A stretch of DNA of 64,000 nt from an uncultured Actinomycetota bacterium (GCA_963800485.1 CAWDBA010000006.1:41428-105427); one strand, 5' to 3'; counted from the first letter of the stretch, positions 20,243 through 31,195 are shown. Numbers and translations are program-made. Notes: generated from the sequence alone by a model not told the origin.

Positions 20243-21691
20243 GTGAGCGACGACCACCAAGACGCCGGCGAGAGCACCGACGGGCTGCACGCCGACCAGC
20301 CCTCGGCGTACGAGGAGTCAGGGGACCGCCACATCGACCCGCGGGAGCCGCGCACCGTCTCCGCCGAGTACGGCAACACCCGCCTCTTCTCCCCCGGCAC
20401 CTTCCTGGAGAGCAGCCGGATCGCCGCCTTCCTGCGCGCCGAGACGGTCGGCGGAGGGCTGCTCATCGCAGCGGCGGTCGTCGCCATCATCTGGGCCAAC
20501 ACACCGTGGGCAGACGTCTACACCAGCATGCGCGAGTTCACCGTCGGTCCGTCGGCGATCGGGCTCGACCTCAGCATCGGCACCTGGGCGGCGGACGGCC
20601 TGCTGGCCATCTTCTTCTTCGTGGTCGGGCTCGAGCTCAAGCGTGAGTTCGTCGCGGGCGACCTGCGCGACCCCCGCCGGGCGGCGCTGCCGGTCGCGGC
20701 GGCCGTAGGCGGCATGGCGGCGCCGGCGCTGGTCTACGTCGGCGTCAACCTGGTCGCCAACGACGGTGCGCTGCGCGGCTGGGCCATCCCGACCGCCACC
20801 GACATCGCCTTCGCCGTCGCGATCCTGGCCGTGATCAGCACCCACCTGCCCACGGGGCTGCGCACGTTCCTGCTCACCCTGGCCGTGGTCGACGACCTCC
20901 TGGCCATCACCATCATCGCGGTGTTCTACACCTCCGAGCTGCACCTGCTGTTCCTCGGCCTCGCGGTGATCCCGATCGCTCTCTTCGGCATCCTCGTGCA
21001 GCGGCGGGTGCGCGCCGCGTGGCTGCTCGTGCCCCTCGCGCTGACGGCCTGGGTGATGGTGCACGAGTCGGGCATCCACGCCACGATCGCCGGCGTCCTG
21101 CTCGGCTTCACCGTGCCGGTCTTCCGCAAGGACGACGCCGAGGGGCCGGGCATGGCCGAGCACATCGAGCACCTGATGCGGCCGCTCTCGGCGGCCGTCG
21201 CGGTGCCGATCTTCGCCTTCTTCGCCGCCGGGGTCACCGTGGGCGGCCTCTCCGGCCTGGTCGGCTCCTTCTCCGACCCCGTGGCCCTGGGTATCACCCT
21301 GGGCCTGGTGCTGGGCAAGACCGTCGGTATCACGGGCTCGACCTGGCTGCTCTCGACCTTCACCCGGGCCGACCTCGACGAGGACCTCGCCTGGATCGAC
21401 GTCGTCGGCATGGCGATCCTGGCCGGTATCGGCTTCACCGTCTCGCTGCTGATCGGCGAGCTGGCCTTCGAGCCCGGCAGCCCGCGCGAGGAGCACGTCA
21501 AGGTCGGTGTGCTGATGGGCTCGGTCATCGCCACCGCGCTGGCCACGATCGTGCTGCGGGCGCGCAACCGGGTCTACAAGAAGATCTGGGAGCGCGAGCA
21601 CGAGGACGCCGACCACGACGGCATCCCCGACATCTACCAGCACGGCGACCATGCCGCCGAGCGGTCCACCCAGGCGGGCGACCAGGGCTGA
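20243..21691 (+). CDS. nhaA: Na+/H+ antiporter NhaA
   Basis: [35 protein letters not shown]. Confidence 0.95.
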   Translation: MSDDHQDAGESTDGLHADQPSAYEESGDRHIDPREPRTVSAEYGNTRLFSPGTFLESSRIAAFLRAETVGGGLLIAAAVVAIIWANTPWADVYTSMREFTVGPSAIGLDLSIGTWAADGLLAIFFFVVGLELKREFVAGDLRDPRRAALPVAAAVGGMAAPALVYVGVNLVANDGALRGWAIPTATDIAFAVAILAVISTHLPTGLRTFLLTLAVVDDLLAITIIAVFYTSELHLLFLGLAVIPIALFGILVQRRVRAAWLLVPLALTAWVMVHESGIHATIAGVLLGFTVPVFRKDDAEGPGMAEHIEHLMRPLSAAVAVPIFAFFAAGVTVGGLSGLVGSFSDPVALGITLGLVLGKTVGITGSTWLLSTFTRADLDEDLAWIDVVGMAILAGIGFTVSLLIGELAFEPGSPREEHVKVGVLMGSVIATALATIVLRARNRVYKKIWEREHEDADHDGIPDIYQHGDHAAERSTQAGDQG

Positions 21692-21740
21692 GGCGGCGCG
21701 CCGTGCATGGCGCGTGGCCAACTTGGTTACGCTCCTGAGC

Positions 21741-22169
21741 ATGTCGACGACTCAGCCGGACCTCCCGCACGACGCCGCCCTCCCGGCGAGGACCGAGGAC
21801 GAGCCCACCATCGGTCGCCTCGTCGCCGACGTGCAGAAGGACGCCTCCTCCCTGATCCGTCAGGAGATCGCGCTCGCGAAGTCCGAGATCAAGATCAGCG
21901 TCAAGCACGGGGGCGTCGGCGCCGCCATGTTCGGCGCAGCGGCCTTCGTCGGGGTGCTCGCGATCATCATGCTCTCGGTGGCCATCGCCTACTTCATCAA
22001 CATGACCGGCCTCGGGCTCGCCTGGTGCTTCCTCATCGTCTTCGCCCTCTACCTGGTCATCGCGGGCCTGCTCGCCTTCCTCGGCCTCAAGCAGGTCAAG
22101 AAGGTGGGTCCGCCGGAGCGCGCGATCCACCAGGCGCAGGAGACCCAGGCCGTCCTCAAGCGCGGGTGA
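21741..22169 (+). CDS. Actinobacterial holin-like (DUF1469) membrane protein
   Basis: IGRLVADV..SLIRQEIALAKSE plus two TM helices; conserved position between nhaA and the hydrolase. Confidence 0.85.
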   Translation: MSTTQPDLPHDAALPARTEDEPTIGRLVADVQKDASSLIRQEIALAKSEIKISVKHGGVGAAMFGAAAFVGVLAIIMLSVAIAYFINMTGLGLAWCFLIVFALYLVIAGLLAFLGLKQVKKVGPPERAIHQAQETQAVLKRG

Positions 22170-23116
22170 CGCGCTCGGTCGTCGAGGCGGCCGGCCCCTG
22201 GGAGCACCGGTACGTCGCGGCGAACGGCGCACGGTTCCACGCCGTCGTGGCCGAGCCGCCGTCCGGACGGCTCGGCCCCACGGGGCGCACCGTCGTGCTG
22301 CTGCACGGCTTCCCGCAGTTCTGGTGGTGCTGGCGCGCGCAGCTGCCCGCCCTCGCGGCGGCCGGTCACCGCGCGGTCGCCCTCGACCTGCGCGGCTACG
22401 GCGGCTCGGACAAGACCCCCCGCGGCTACGACCCCACCACGCTCGCCGCCGACGTGGCGGGCGTGATCGGCTCGCTCGGCGCCCGGCAGGCCGCCGTCGT
22501 GGGCCTCGGCTGGGGCGGCTACGTCGCCTGGACCGCCGCGGTCGCCCACCCCGAGCGGGTGTCGGCCGTCGGCAGTGTCTCGGCCCCCCACCCTCGCGAG
22601 ATGCTGCACGCCCTGTGGCGGCACCGGCCGCTCGCCCTGCGGCACCTGCTGGCCACGCAGGTGCCGATGCTGCCCGAGCGGCGGGTGCGACGGGCGACGT
22701 ACCTGCGCCATCACCTGGACGCGTGGTCCGCGCCCGGCCCCGGCTTCCCCTCCGACGACGAGGTGGCGGTGTACGCCGCGGCGCTGCGGCTCTGGCCCGC
22801 GCCGCACTGCGCGCTGGAGTACCACCGCTGGCTGGTGCGGTCGCGGCTGCGCGCGGACGGCCGGGCCTACGGGCGCCTGATGCGTCGCCCGGTCGCCCAG
22901 CCCGCGCTCGTCGTCCAGGGCGCCCTCGACCCGGCCCTACCGCCCTTCGACCAGGACCGCTCGGCCCGTCGGGTGCAGGGACCCGTCACCCGGCACGAGG
23001 TAGGCGGCGCGGGGCACTTCGTGCCCGAGGAGTGCCCCGACGAGCTCACCGCCGTGCTGACCGGCTGGCTGGACGGCCTGCCCTCGACGACCGACCGCCC
23101 GGCTCAGGCGCACTGA
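22166..23116 (+). CDS. Alpha/beta hydrolase (epoxide hydrolase-like)
   Basis: LLHGFPQFWW, DLRGYGGSD, GHFVPEE; GTGA overlap. Confidence 0.88.
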   Translation: MTRSVVEAAGPWEHRYVAANGARFHAVVAEPPSGRLGPTGRTVVLLHGFPQFWWCWRAQLPALAAAGHRAVALDLRGYGGSDKTPRGYDPTTLAADVAGVIGSLGARQAAVVGLGWGGYVAWTAAVAHPERVSAVGSVSAPHPREMLHALWRHRPLALRHLLATQVPMLPERRVRRATYLRHHLDAWSAPGPGFPSDDEVAVYAAALRLWPAPHCALEYHRWLVRSRLRADGRAYGRLMRRPVAQPALVVQGALDPALPPFDQDRSARRVQGPVTRHEVGGAGHFVPEECPDELTAVLTGWLDGLPSTTDRPAQAH

Positions 23117-24279
23117 CCCGTCGAGGTGGCCGCCTTGCGCTCGATCCCCTGCGCAGCGCCCTCGCGGACCTGCTCGGCGGTGAGCACGTAGCCGGTCTGG
23201 CTGTCGGTGACGGATGCGGCGAAGACCACCCCGAGCACCTGGCCCTGCGTCGAGACCAGCGGGCCGCCGGAGTTGCCGGGCTGGATCGTGCCGCGCACGG
23301 AGTAGACGTCGCGCACGACGTTGCCCTCGCCGTAGATGTCGCCGGAGCGGAGCGCCTGGGCGCTGCGGATCCGCGCGGGGCTCACCGTGTACGGCCCGTC
23401 GTTGGGGTAGCCGAGCACGGCGGCGGAGTCGCCGGAGGCCGCCGACCGGTCGAAGCGCAGGAAGGGGAGCCCGAGGCCGCGCACGGCGAGCACGGCGAGG
23501 TCGACGTCGGAGTCGTAGTAGACGACCTTGGCCGCGCGCTCCTCGCCGTCGACGACGACGACCGGCTGCTCCACCCCGGCCACCACGTGCGCGTTGGTCA
23601 TCAGCCGGTTCGGGTTGTAGAGGAAGCCGGTGCCCTCCACGCCCTGGCCGCAGGCGTTCTGGCCGCGCACCTTGAGCACGCTGCGCGAGGCCGCCTCCAC
23701 GTCGGGGTCGTTGGCCACCGTGCCCGCCGGGCGCGCGACGTCGACGATCCGCTCCGGGGCGAACGGCTCGAGGTAGGTCGGGAAGAAGGTGCTCGAGGCG
23801 ACCACCTCGTTGAAGTCGCTCAGTCCCCGCTTGACGCGTGCGGGCATCACCTCGTCGACGGCGGAGAGCACCGCCGAGGTGCGCACCTCGCGGGAGACGG
23901 TCGGGATCCTGGCGCCGCTCACGGCGACGCCGAGGGCCCAGCTGACGACGAGCACGGCGACCATCGACAGGGCGGCCCCACCCACGGCGTCCAGCGCCCG
24001 GGCGGGCTGCCAGGTGAGCCCGGAGCGGATCCGGGCACCGGCGGTCTGCAGCACCGCCTGCCCGACCGAGGCGGAGACGAGCACCACGAGCAGCGCCCCC
24101 AGGGTGACCAGCAGGGACGGCTCGAAGCCCTCGAGCAGCATCGGGGCGACCCAGACGCCGAAGACCCCGCCCGCCAGCAGGCCCACCGTCGCGAAGGCGC
24201 CGGTGACGAATCCCTGCCAGTAGCCGGAGAGCGCGTAGGCCAGCGCCAGGACGACGAGCAGCCAGTCCAGGACGTTCAC
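23104..24279 (-). CDS. marP: MarP family membrane serine protease
   Basis: N-terminal CvpA-like TMs, TNAHVV, DLAVL, GNSGGP. Confidence 0.92.
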   Translation of the reverse strand: MNVLDWLLVVLALAYALSGYWQGFVTGAFATVGLLAGGVFGVWVAPMLLEGFEPSLLVTLGALLVVLVSASVGQAVLQTAGARIRSGLTWQPARALDAVGGAALSMVAVLVVSWALGVAVSGARIPTVSREVRTSAVLSAVDEVMPARVKRGLSDFNEVVASSTFFPTYLEPFAPERIVDVARPAGTVANDPDVEAASRSVLKVRGQNACGQGVEGTGFLYNPNRLMTNAHVVAGVEQPVVVVDGEERAAKVVYYDSDVDLAVLAVRGLGLPFLRFDRSAASGDSAAVLGYPNDGPYTVSPARIRSAQALRSGDIYGEGNVVRDVYSVRGTIQPGNSGGPLVSTQGQVLGVVFAASVTDSQTGYVLTAEQVREGAAQGIERKAATSTGQCA

Positions 24280-24989
24280 GAGTCTCCCTGGATGCGGGTG
24301 CGGGGCGGGGGTCGTACGCCGGCGCGCTCGCGGCCCGCGAGCATGTGCGCGGGCAGCGGGTGCTCGACGTCCGCGTCCCACGGCCTCGTCCACCCGACGA
24401 AGTCGAAGAGACGGGAGATCACCCCGGCGGTGAAACCCCACAGGATCAGGTCCTTGTCGTCCCCGATCCAGAAGCCGGGGCTGCGCCAGGTCGAGGGACC
24501 CACCACCGTGAGCCGGTGCTGCGGGTCGAGCAGCTCGGCGACCGGCACCCGCAATACGGCGTGCACCTCGGCGGGGTCGACCACGCCGACCTCGCAGGGC
24601 AAGGCCCACCAGCCGAGCACGACCGAGACGCAGAAGTTGCTGGGCGGCAGCCAGAGGTCCGGCAGCTGCCCGAAGACCTCGACGCCGTCGGGGTCGAGCC
24701 CGGTCTCCTCCTCGGCCTCCCGCAGGGCGGCCGCGACCGGACCGTCGTCGGTGTCGTCGACCGACCCGCCCGGGAACGACACCTGGCCGGGGTGCGAGCG
24801 CATGTCGTGCGACCGCTCGGTGAGCAGCAGCTCGCGCCCACGCTCGCCCTCACCGAAGAGCATCAGCACGGCGCCGCGACGCGGCGAGGCGTCCTCCGGC
24901 GGGGCGAACCGGGTCAGCTCGTCGACGGTGATCTGGTCGGCCCCCGTCCGCACCGGCTCGAGCCACTCCGGCAACCCCACCCTGCTCAC
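24276..24989 (-). CDS. CoA pyrophosphatase (Nudix)
   Basis: LLTERS..HPGQVSFPGG, AALREAEEETGL, WGFTAG. Confidence 0.9.
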   Translation of the reverse strand: MSRVGLPEWLEPVRTGADQITVDELTRFAPPEDASPRRGAVLMLFGEGERGRELLLTERSHDMRSHPGQVSFPGGSVDDTDDGPVAAALREAEEETGLDPDGVEVFGQLPDLWLPPSNFCVSVVLGWWALPCEVGVVDPAEVHAVLRVPVAELLDPQHRLTVVGPSTWRSPGFWIGDDKDLILWGFTAGVISRLFDFVGWTRPWDADVEHPLPAHMLAGRERAGVRPPPRTRIQGDS

Positions 24990-25606
24990 AGGTCCACCCC
25001 CAGGTCCTCCTCGACGATCTGCCGCAGCTGTGCCCACGAACGGATCGCCACGAACTGTCGCGACGCCACCGTGCCGTCGGCGGCGACCAGCACCAGCATC
25101 GGCAGGCCTGCGAGGTCGGGGTAGGACTCCTTGAGCAGGGCGTCCGGGTCGGCCAGCGAGGGGAAGGTGACGCCCCTGTCGCGCAACAGCTGGAGGGCCG
25201 AGCCGGGCTGCGGGTCCTGCCAGTCGACCCCGACGACGTCGACGACCCCGGTGTCGGCGAGCCGCTGGTAGAGCGGCAGCTCGGAGCGGCACGGTCCGCA
25301 CCACTGCGCCCAGACCGTCACCGCCAGCGGACCGCGGAGCGTCGAGAGGTCGACGGACCGACCGCCGCCGAGGCAGGGCAGCGTGAGCTCGGGCAGGCCG
25401 TCCCCCCCGGCCTCGTCGCCAGCACCCGGCCCGGGGACGCACGGCTCGAGGCCGGCGTCGGCCCGCAGCCGCTGGAGGGCCGGAGTGTCCACCGCGACAC
25501 CGGGGGCGAGGCCGGAGGAGGAGGGCGCCGACGCGTCCGCACAGCCGGTCAGCACGGGCAGGCCCAGCAGGACGCCCGCGGTCAGCGCCGACAGGGCGCG
25601 CCTCAT
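24986..25606 (-). CDS. TlpA-family thioredoxin-like lipoprotein
   Basis: Lipobox LTGC and [13 protein letters not shown]. Confidence 0.88.
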   Translation of the reverse strand: MRRALSALTAGVLLGLPVLTGCADASAPSSSGLAPGVAVDTPALQRLRADAGLEPCVPGPGAGDEAGGDGLPELTLPCLGGGRSVDLSTLRGPLAVTVWAQWCGPCRSELPLYQRLADTGVVDVVGVDWQDPQPGSALQLLRDRGVTFPSLADPDALLKESYPDLAGLPMLVLVAADGTVASRQFVAIRSWAQLRQIVEEDLGVDL

Positions 25607-26325
25607 GCGCGGCCCTCGGTGCGCACGAGCTTCTCGGCCGCGGCCGCGTCGGTCGGCCCCTCGCCGTACGCCGGGCACCAGCGCGCGACCGGGCAGGCGC
25701 CGCACGCGGGGTTGCGGGCGTGGCAGCGACGACGCCCGTGCCAGATCAGCCGGTGCGACAGCATCGTCCAGTCCCGGGGCGGGAACAGCGCCGCGACGGC
25801 GTGCTCGACCTTGACCGGGTCGGTCTCGTCGGTCCAGCCGAACCGCCGGACCAGTCGGCCGACGTGCGTGTCGACGGTCAGACCGGGCACGTCGAAGGCG
25901 TTGCCGAGCACGACGTTGGCGGTCTTGCGGCCCACGCCGGGCAGCGTCACCAGATCCTCGAGGCGGGCCGGCACTTGGCCGTCGTACCGCTCGACCAGGT
26001 CCGCGCTCAGCGTGAGCAGGCTCTCGGTCTTGGCGCGGAAGAAGCCGGTCGGCTGCACGATCGACTCGAGGTGGGCCCGGTCGGCCCCGGCCATCGCGGC
26101 GGCGTCGGGATAGGCCGCGAAGAGGGCCGGCCGCACCCCGTTGACCCGGCGATCGGTGGTCTGCGCCGACAGCACGGTCACGACCAGCAGCTCGAAGGCG
26201 TTGTCGAAGTCCAGCTCGCAGTCGGCGTCGGGGTAGGTCTCGGCCAGCACACGGTGGGTCTTGCGCGCGCGGCGCACCAGGGTGGTGTCGGGACGCGACG
26301 GGGGGTCGGCGAGGGGGCGGGCCAC
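25603..26325 (-). CDS. nth: Endonuclease III
   Basis: LSAQTTD, Hh[15 protein letters not shown], 4Fe-4S C-x6-C-x2-C-x5-C. Confidence 0.96.
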   Translation of the reverse strand: MARPLADPPSRPDTTLVRRARKTHRVLAETYPDADCELDFDNAFELLVVTVLSAQTTDRRVNGVRPALFAAYPDAAAMAGADRAHLESIVQPTGFFRAKTESLLTLSADLVERYDGQVPARLEDLVTLPGVGRKTANVVLGNAFDVPGLTVDTHVGRLVRRFGWTDETDPVKVEHAVAALFPPRDWTMLSHRLIWHGRRRCHARNPACGACPVARWCPAYGEGPTDAAAAEKLVRTEGRA

Positions 26326-26476
26326 GGCTCCAGGCTACGGGGACGCACCGACCATCCGCCGGGTGCGGCGTACCGGGGCCCGCGGGTGGGAAGGTGCAGG
26401 TGTGCCGCCGGTCCGGCGCCCGGTTCGCGCGTTGGATGGGCATACGCGGCCGGACAGGGCAGACTGGCCCCGCTAC

Positions 26477-26490
26477 GTGACGTGACGCAC
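26477..26490. promoter_or_regulatory. Possible CRP autoregulatory site
   Basis: GTGA-cgtgac-GCAC, one mismatch from consensus, ~30 bp upstream of crp. Confidence 0.4.
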
Positions 26491-26521
26491 GACCGGGACG
26501 GTCGTGAAGGAGGAGGAACAG

Positions 26522-27199
26522 GTGGACAACGACCTGCTGCGCCAGGCCCCGCTGTTCAGCTCGCTCAACGACGAGGCCGCGAGTGCGCTGCGCGACTCGA
26601 TGACCGAGACGAAGCTGCGCCGGGGCGAGGTCCTCTTCCACGAGGGCGACTCGGGGGACAAGCTCTACATCGTCGCCGCGGGCAAGGTGAAGCTCGGCCG
26701 CACCTCGTCCGACGGCCGGGAGAACCTCCTCGCGATCCTGGGTCCGGCCCAGATGTTCGGCGAGCTCACGCTCTTCGATCCGGGCCCACGCTCGGCCACC
26801 GTCACCGCAGTGACCGACTCGACCTTCCTGTCGCTGTCCCACGAGGACCTCCTCAGGTGGCTCGACGGACGCCCGGGCGTCGCCCGCGCACTGCTGAACC
26901 AGCTGGCCTCGCGCCTGCGCAAGGCCAACGACGTGGTGGCCGACCTGGTCTTCTCCGACGTGCCCGGCCGGGTGTCCAAGGCCCTGCTGGACCTGGCGGA
27001 CCGGTTCGGGCGCACGGCCGACGACGGCGTGCACGTGCACCACGACCTCACCCAGGAGGAGCTCGCCCAGCTGGTCGGCGCCTCCCGCGAGACGGTGAAC
27101 AAGGCGCTCGCCGACTTCGCCTCCCGCGGCTGGCTGCGCCTCGAGCCCCGCTCGGTCGTGCTGATGGACGTCGAGCGGTTGCGTCGCCGCGCGCGCTGA
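26522..27199 (+). CDS. crp: Crp/Fnr cAMP receptor protein (GlxR/Rv3676 orthologue)
   Basis: FGEL..DPGPRSAT and LTQEELAQLVGASRETVNKAL; AGGAGGA RBS. Confidence 0.95.
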   Translation: MDNDLLRQAPLFSSLNDEAASALRDSMTETKLRRGEVLFHEGDSGDKLYIVAAGKVKLGRTSSDGRENLLAILGPAQMFGELTLFDPGPRSATVTAVTDSTFLSLSHEDLLRWLDGRPGVARALLNQLASRLRKANDVVADLVFSDVPGRVSKALLDLADRFGRTADDGVHVHHDLTQEELAQLVGASRETVNKALADFASRGWLRLEPRSVVLMDVERLRRRAR

Positions 27200-27283
27200 C
27201 CGGCCCGCCTCCGTGGACCGATGAGCCCGGGCCCCCGCGGGAGTCTGCACGGGTGACCCGATCCCTGTCGTACGGAGGCCCTC

Positions 27284-27778
27284 ATGACCACCCAGCCCGA
27301 GCGCTCCAGCAACCCCGTGCAGACCGTCACCCCGTGCCTGTGGTTCGACGACGACCTCGAGCAGGCCGTCGAGTTCTGGTGCTCGGTGGTGCCCGACTCC
27401 CGGGTGACCTCGATCCAGCGCGGCCCCGACGGGGTCGCCTTCACCGGTGCGTGGGTGGTCGGCGGTGTCGCCATGCGCGGCATCAACGGCGGGCCCCAGC
27501 ACGCGGGCTTCTCCGAGACGGTCTCGCTGTCGCTCACGTGCGAGACCCAGGAGGAGGTCGACCACTACTGGGCGACCTTCGCCGACGGCGGTACCGAGGG
27601 CATGTGCTCGTGGGTCCGGGACCGCTTCGGGCTGTGGTGGCAGGTCGTGCCGACGCGGCTCGGCGAGCTGCTCGGTGACCCGGACCCCGCCCGGGCGCAC
27701 GCCGCGATGCAGGCGATGCTCGGCATGCGCCGGATCGTCGTGGCCGACCTCGAGGCCGCGTCGGACGCCGCGGGCTGA
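27284..27778 (+). CDS. VOC / PhnB-like family protein
   Basis: TPCLWFD, INGGP, QEEVDHYW, WVRDRFGLWWQVVP. Confidence 0.88.
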   Translation: MTTQPERSSNPVQTVTPCLWFDDDLEQAVEFWCSVVPDSRVTSIQRGPDGVAFTGAWVVGGVAMRGINGGPQHAGFSETVSLSLTCETQEEVDHYWATFADGGTEGMCSWVRDRFGLWWQVVPTRLGELLGDPDPARAHAAMQAMLGMRRIVVADLEAASDAAG

Positions 27779-27787
27779 CCGCTCGGC

Positions 27788-28585
27788 TCAGTCGAACAGG
27801 TAGGCCAGCTGGGCGCGCACCGACAGCTCGGCCGCACCCCAGAGCACGGGGTCCACGTCGGTGTAGACGACCTCGACCACCCGCCGGGCCAACCCGTCGT
27901 CGCGCCTCCCCTCGCCCTGCTCCTCCAGGCTCCGGACGGCCTCGCGCACCTGCTCCAGGCGCTGGTGCCGGTGCTCCACGTAGTGGTCGAGCGTGCCGAG
28001 CGCGTCGTCGAGCACGGGGCCGTGCCCCGGCCAGATGCCGGAGAGGTCGTGCGCCTCGGCGAGGTCGCGCAGCCGGTCCAGCGAGCCGAGGTAGGCGCCG
28101 AGCTGGCCGTCGGGGTGCGCGACGACCGTGGTCCCGCGGCCCAGCACGGTGTCCCCGGTGAGCACCGTCCGCTCGGCCGGCAGCAGGAAGGACAGCGAGT
28201 CGGCCGTGTGGCCGGGGGTCGCGACCACGTGCACCTCGAGCCCGTCCACCTCCACCACGTCGCCGTCCCCGAGGCCCTCGGAGCCCAGCCGGTACGCCGG
28301 GTCCAGCGCGCGCACGCCGCACCCGACCCGCTCGGCGAACTCCCGCGCCGCCTCGGCGTGGTCGAGGTGGTGGTGGGTCAGCAGCACGACCCCGACCTCG
28401 CCGGCCTGCTCGGCCACGGCGTCGAGGTGCGCGACCATCGACGGCCCCGGGTCGACCACGACACTGCGCCGGGCGCCCGGCTCGCGCAGCACCCAGGTGT
28501 TGGTGCCGTCCAGGGTCATCGCGTCCGGGTTGGGCGCGAGCACGCAGCGGCCGCGCTCCCCGAAGGTGCCACCCGACCAGCTCAC
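27788..28585 (-). CDS. MBL-fold metallo-hydrolase
   Basis: APNPDAMTLDGTNT, THHHLDH, TPGHT, PGHG. Confidence 0.9.
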   Translation of the reverse strand: MSWSGGTFGERGRCVLAPNPDAMTLDGTNTWVLREPGARRSVVVDPGPSMVAHLDAVAEQAGEVGVVLLTHHHLDHAEAAREFAERVGCGVRALDPAYRLGSEGLGDGDVVEVDGLEVHVVATPGHTADSLSFLLPAERTVLTGDTVLGRGTTVVAHPDGQLGAYLGSLDRLRDLAEAHDLSGIWPGHGPVLDDALGTLDHYVEHRHQRLEQVREAVRSLEEQGEGRRDDGLARRVVEVVYTDVDPVLWGAAELSVRAQLAYLFD

Positions 28586-29484
28586 GCCTGCAACCTGCGG
28601 GTCACGCTCGCGGCGAGGTCGACGAGCCGCTGCGGCACCTCGAGGTGCGCCTCGTCGCCGACGAAGCGGGCGGTGGGCTCGACCCGTGCCATCTCGCGGT
28701 CGCGGGCCAGCCGCCGCGCCTGGACCGGGTCGGGGACGTCGTACAGCTCGGCGCAGGTGAAGTACTGCGGCGGCAGCATCAGCAGGCGGTGGTCGTCGGC
28801 CGCCCGCAGGGCGTCGGCGACGGGCAGCCACATCACCTCGGTCGACTCCGTGGACACGTCCCGGGTGACCTGGCCCGGCGGCAAGGCGGCCGCGAAGAAC
28901 CAGGTGCGGTAGCGCCGCGGCTCGAAGGTCGGGGTCAGCCAGCACGCCCAGGGCGCGAGCAGGTCGGTGCGGAGCACCAGCCCGCGGCGGCGCAGCAGCC
29001 CGCCCATCGAGAGCTCGCGGGACTCCAGTGCCTGCCGGTCGGCCTCCCAGTCGTCGCCCGTGGTGTCGTCGACGACCTCGTCGGCGGTCGCCCCCGCGAG
29101 CAGCACGCCGGACTCCTCGAAGGTCTCGCGCACGGCGGCGCAGACCAGGGCCCGAGCGAGCTCCTCGTCGGTGCCGAGGCGCGCGGCCCACTCCGCGACG
29201 GGGGGGCCGGCCCAGTGCACGTGGCTCTCCGGGTCGTCGGTCCCGGGCTCGACGAAGTCGCGCCCGTCCACCCCGCCACCGGGAAAGACCGCCATGCCGC
29301 CGGCGAAGGCCATGTCGACGGTGCGCCGCAGGAAGTAGAGCTCGAGCCCCCCGGGCGTCGGCTCGCCCTGGCGCATCAGCACCACGGTGGCGGCGTTGCG
29401 GGGCTCGGCGGGCTGCTCGGCACCGTCGGTGAAGCGCCGGGCCTGCTCGCGCAGCCGCCCGGTCAACGGGATGCTCGCGTCCAC
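28582..29484 (-). CDS. NUDIX hydrolase
   Basis: FAGGMAVFPGG, AAVRETFEESG, WLTP..RRYRTWFF. Confidence 0.88.
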   Translation of the reverse strand: MDASIPLTGRLREQARRFTDGAEQPAEPRNAATVVLMRQGEPTPGGLELYFLRRTVDMAFAGGMAVFPGGGVDGRDFVEPGTDDPESHVHWAGPPVAEWAARLGTDEELARALVCAAVRETFEESGVLLAGATADEVVDDTTGDDWEADRQALESRELSMGGLLRRRGLVLRTDLLAPWACWLTPTFEPRRYRTWFFAAALPPGQVTRDVSTESTEVMWLPVADALRAADDHRLLMLPPQYFTCAELYDVPDPVQARRLARDREMARVEPTARFVGDEAHLEVPQRLVDLAASVTRRLQA

Positions 29485-29493
29485 CGGAGCGGC

Positions 29494-29967
29494 TCAGACC
29501 TCGACGACGAGCTCGACCTCGACCGGGGCGTCGAGCGGCAGCACCGCGACCCCCACGGCCGAGCGCACGTGCCGGCCGGCGTCCCCGAAGACCTGGCCGA
29601 GCAGCTCGGAGGCGCCGTTCGCGACCTTCGGCGCCCCCGTGTACGACGGGTCGCTGGCGACGAAGACGGTCACCTTGACCACCCGGCGTACGGCGGACAG
29701 GTCAGCGACCTCGCTGCGCACCGCGGCCAGGGCGTTGAGCGCGCACTGGCGGGCGCAGTCCTGCGCCGTGGCCTCGTCCACCTCGGCGCCGACCTTGCCG
29801 GCCGCGACGAGGGTGCCCTCGCGCAGGGGCAGCTGGCCGGCGGTGAAGACGAGGTCGCCGGAGCGGACGACGGGCACGTAGACCGCCAGCGGGGCGACCA
29901 CCTCGGGCAGGCTCAGACCGAGCTGCTCGAGCCGCTGCTCCGGGGAGCCGTCACCGCCGCCGGTCAC
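29494..29967 (-). CDS. RidA/YjgF family protein
   Basis: FTAGQLP, VANGASELL, HVRSAVGVAVLPLDAPVEVE. Confidence 0.9.
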   Translation of the reverse strand: MTGGGDGSPEQRLEQLGLSLPEVVAPLAVYVPVVRSGDLVFTAGQLPLREGTLVAAGKVGAEVDEATAQDCARQCALNALAAVRSEVADLSAVRRVVKVTVFVASDPSYTGAPKVANGASELLGQVFGDAGRHVRSAVGVAVLPLDAPVEVELVVEV

Positions 29968-30116
29968 GACAGCGGTCGCTTGAAGTACGCCACGAGGTTC
30001 TCGGTGGGCCCCGGCACGACCTGCACCAGCTCCCAGCCGTCGGCCCCGAAGTTGTCGAGGATCTGCTTGGTCGCGTGGATCAGGACGGGCGCGGTCATGT
30101 ACTCCCACTTGGTCAT
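29964..30116 (-). CDS. DUF4177 small protein
   Basis: MTKWEY..LDNFGADGWELV..YFKRP, 50 aa. Confidence 0.85.
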   Translation of the reverse strand: MTKWEYMTAPVLIHATKQILDNFGADGWELVQVVPGPTENLVAYFKRPLS

Positions 30117-30193
30117 GCGCGCGAGCCTAGCGCCGGTCCTCAGGGTCTCGCCCGCCACGCCCGGACCGACCACCCCCGGATACGCTCGGACGC

Positions 30194-31195
30194 GTGCCCC
30201 GACAACCCCGCGGAGACTTCCCCCGCGCCCAGCTGCACGTGGTGACCGGCAAGGGGGGCACCGGCAAGACGTCCGTCGCGGCGGCGCTCGCCCTCGCGCT
30301 GGCCGGGCAGGGCCGCACGACCCTGCTGTGCGAGGTCGAGGGTCGCCAGGGCCTGGCCCAGCTCTTCGACGTCCCACCGTTGCCGTACGCCGAGACGCGG
30401 GTCGCGAGCGGGCCGGACGGCGGTGCGCCGGTCTACGCGCTGTCGATCGACGCCGAGTCCGCCCTGCTGGAGTACCTCGCGATGTACTACCGGCTCGGCC
30501 GCGCCGGTCGGGCGCTGGACCGCTTCGGCGTCATCGACTTCGCCACCACCATCGCACCGGGCGTGCGCGACGTGCTGCTCACCGGCAAGGTCTACGAGGC
30601 CGCGAAGCAGGACCGCCGCGGCAAGGACGTGCGCACGTACGACGCGATCGTGCTCGACGCCCCGCCGACCGGCCGGATCGCGCAGTTCCTCAACGTCAAC
30701 TCCGAGCTCGCGGGCCTGGCCAAGGTCGGGCCGATCAAGAGCCAGGCGGACCTGGTGATGACCCTGCTGCGCTCGCCGCGCACCGTGGTGCACCTCGTCA
30801 CCGTGCTCGAGGAGATGCCCGTGCAGGAGACCGTCGACGGCATCGCGGAGCTGCGCGAGAACCGGCTCCCCGTCGGCGGCGTGGTGGTGAACCTCACCCG
30901 GGAGAAGGCGCTCGACGCCGACAGCCTCGCCGCGGCGCTCGCCGGCACGCTGCCCCGCGAGGAGGTCGTCGCCGCGCTGGCCTCGGCCGGCCCGGACACC
31001 GACGACGCGGTGGTCGACGGCCTGCTGTCCGAGGCGCACGACCACGCCGAGCGCCGGCGGCTCGAGGACGCGCAGCGCGCGGTGCTCGCCGCGACCGAGG
31101 TGCCGACGTACGAGCTGCCACGCCTGCCGGGCGGCCTGGACCTGGGTGGGCTCTACGAGCTGGCCGCCGACCTCACCTGGCAGGGGATGGTGTGA
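30194..31195 (+). CDS. ArsA/Get3-family ATPase (Rv3679-like)
   Basis: TGKGGTGKT, APGVRD, DAPPTG. Confidence 0.9.
   Translation: MPRQPRGDFPRAQLHVVTGKGGTGKTSVAAALALALAGQGRTTLLCEVEGRQGLAQLFDVPPLPYAETRVASGPDGGAPVYALSIDAESALLEYLAMYYRLGRAGRALDRFGVIDFATTIAPGVRDVLLTGKVYEAAKQDRRGKDVRTYDAIVLDAPPTGRIAQFLNVNSELAGLAKVGPIKSQADLVMTLLRSPRTVVHLVTVLEEMPVQETVDGIAELRENRLPVGGVVVNLTREKALDADSLAAALAGTLPREEVVAALASAGPDTDDAVVDGLLSEAHDHAERRRLEDAQRAVLAATEVPTYELPRLPGGLDLGGLYELAADLTWQGMV

Noticed and set aside
21741-22169. Holin-like gene as prophage evidence
   Set aside because: Conserved chromosomal membrane protein in a housekeeping block; no phage genes nearby.
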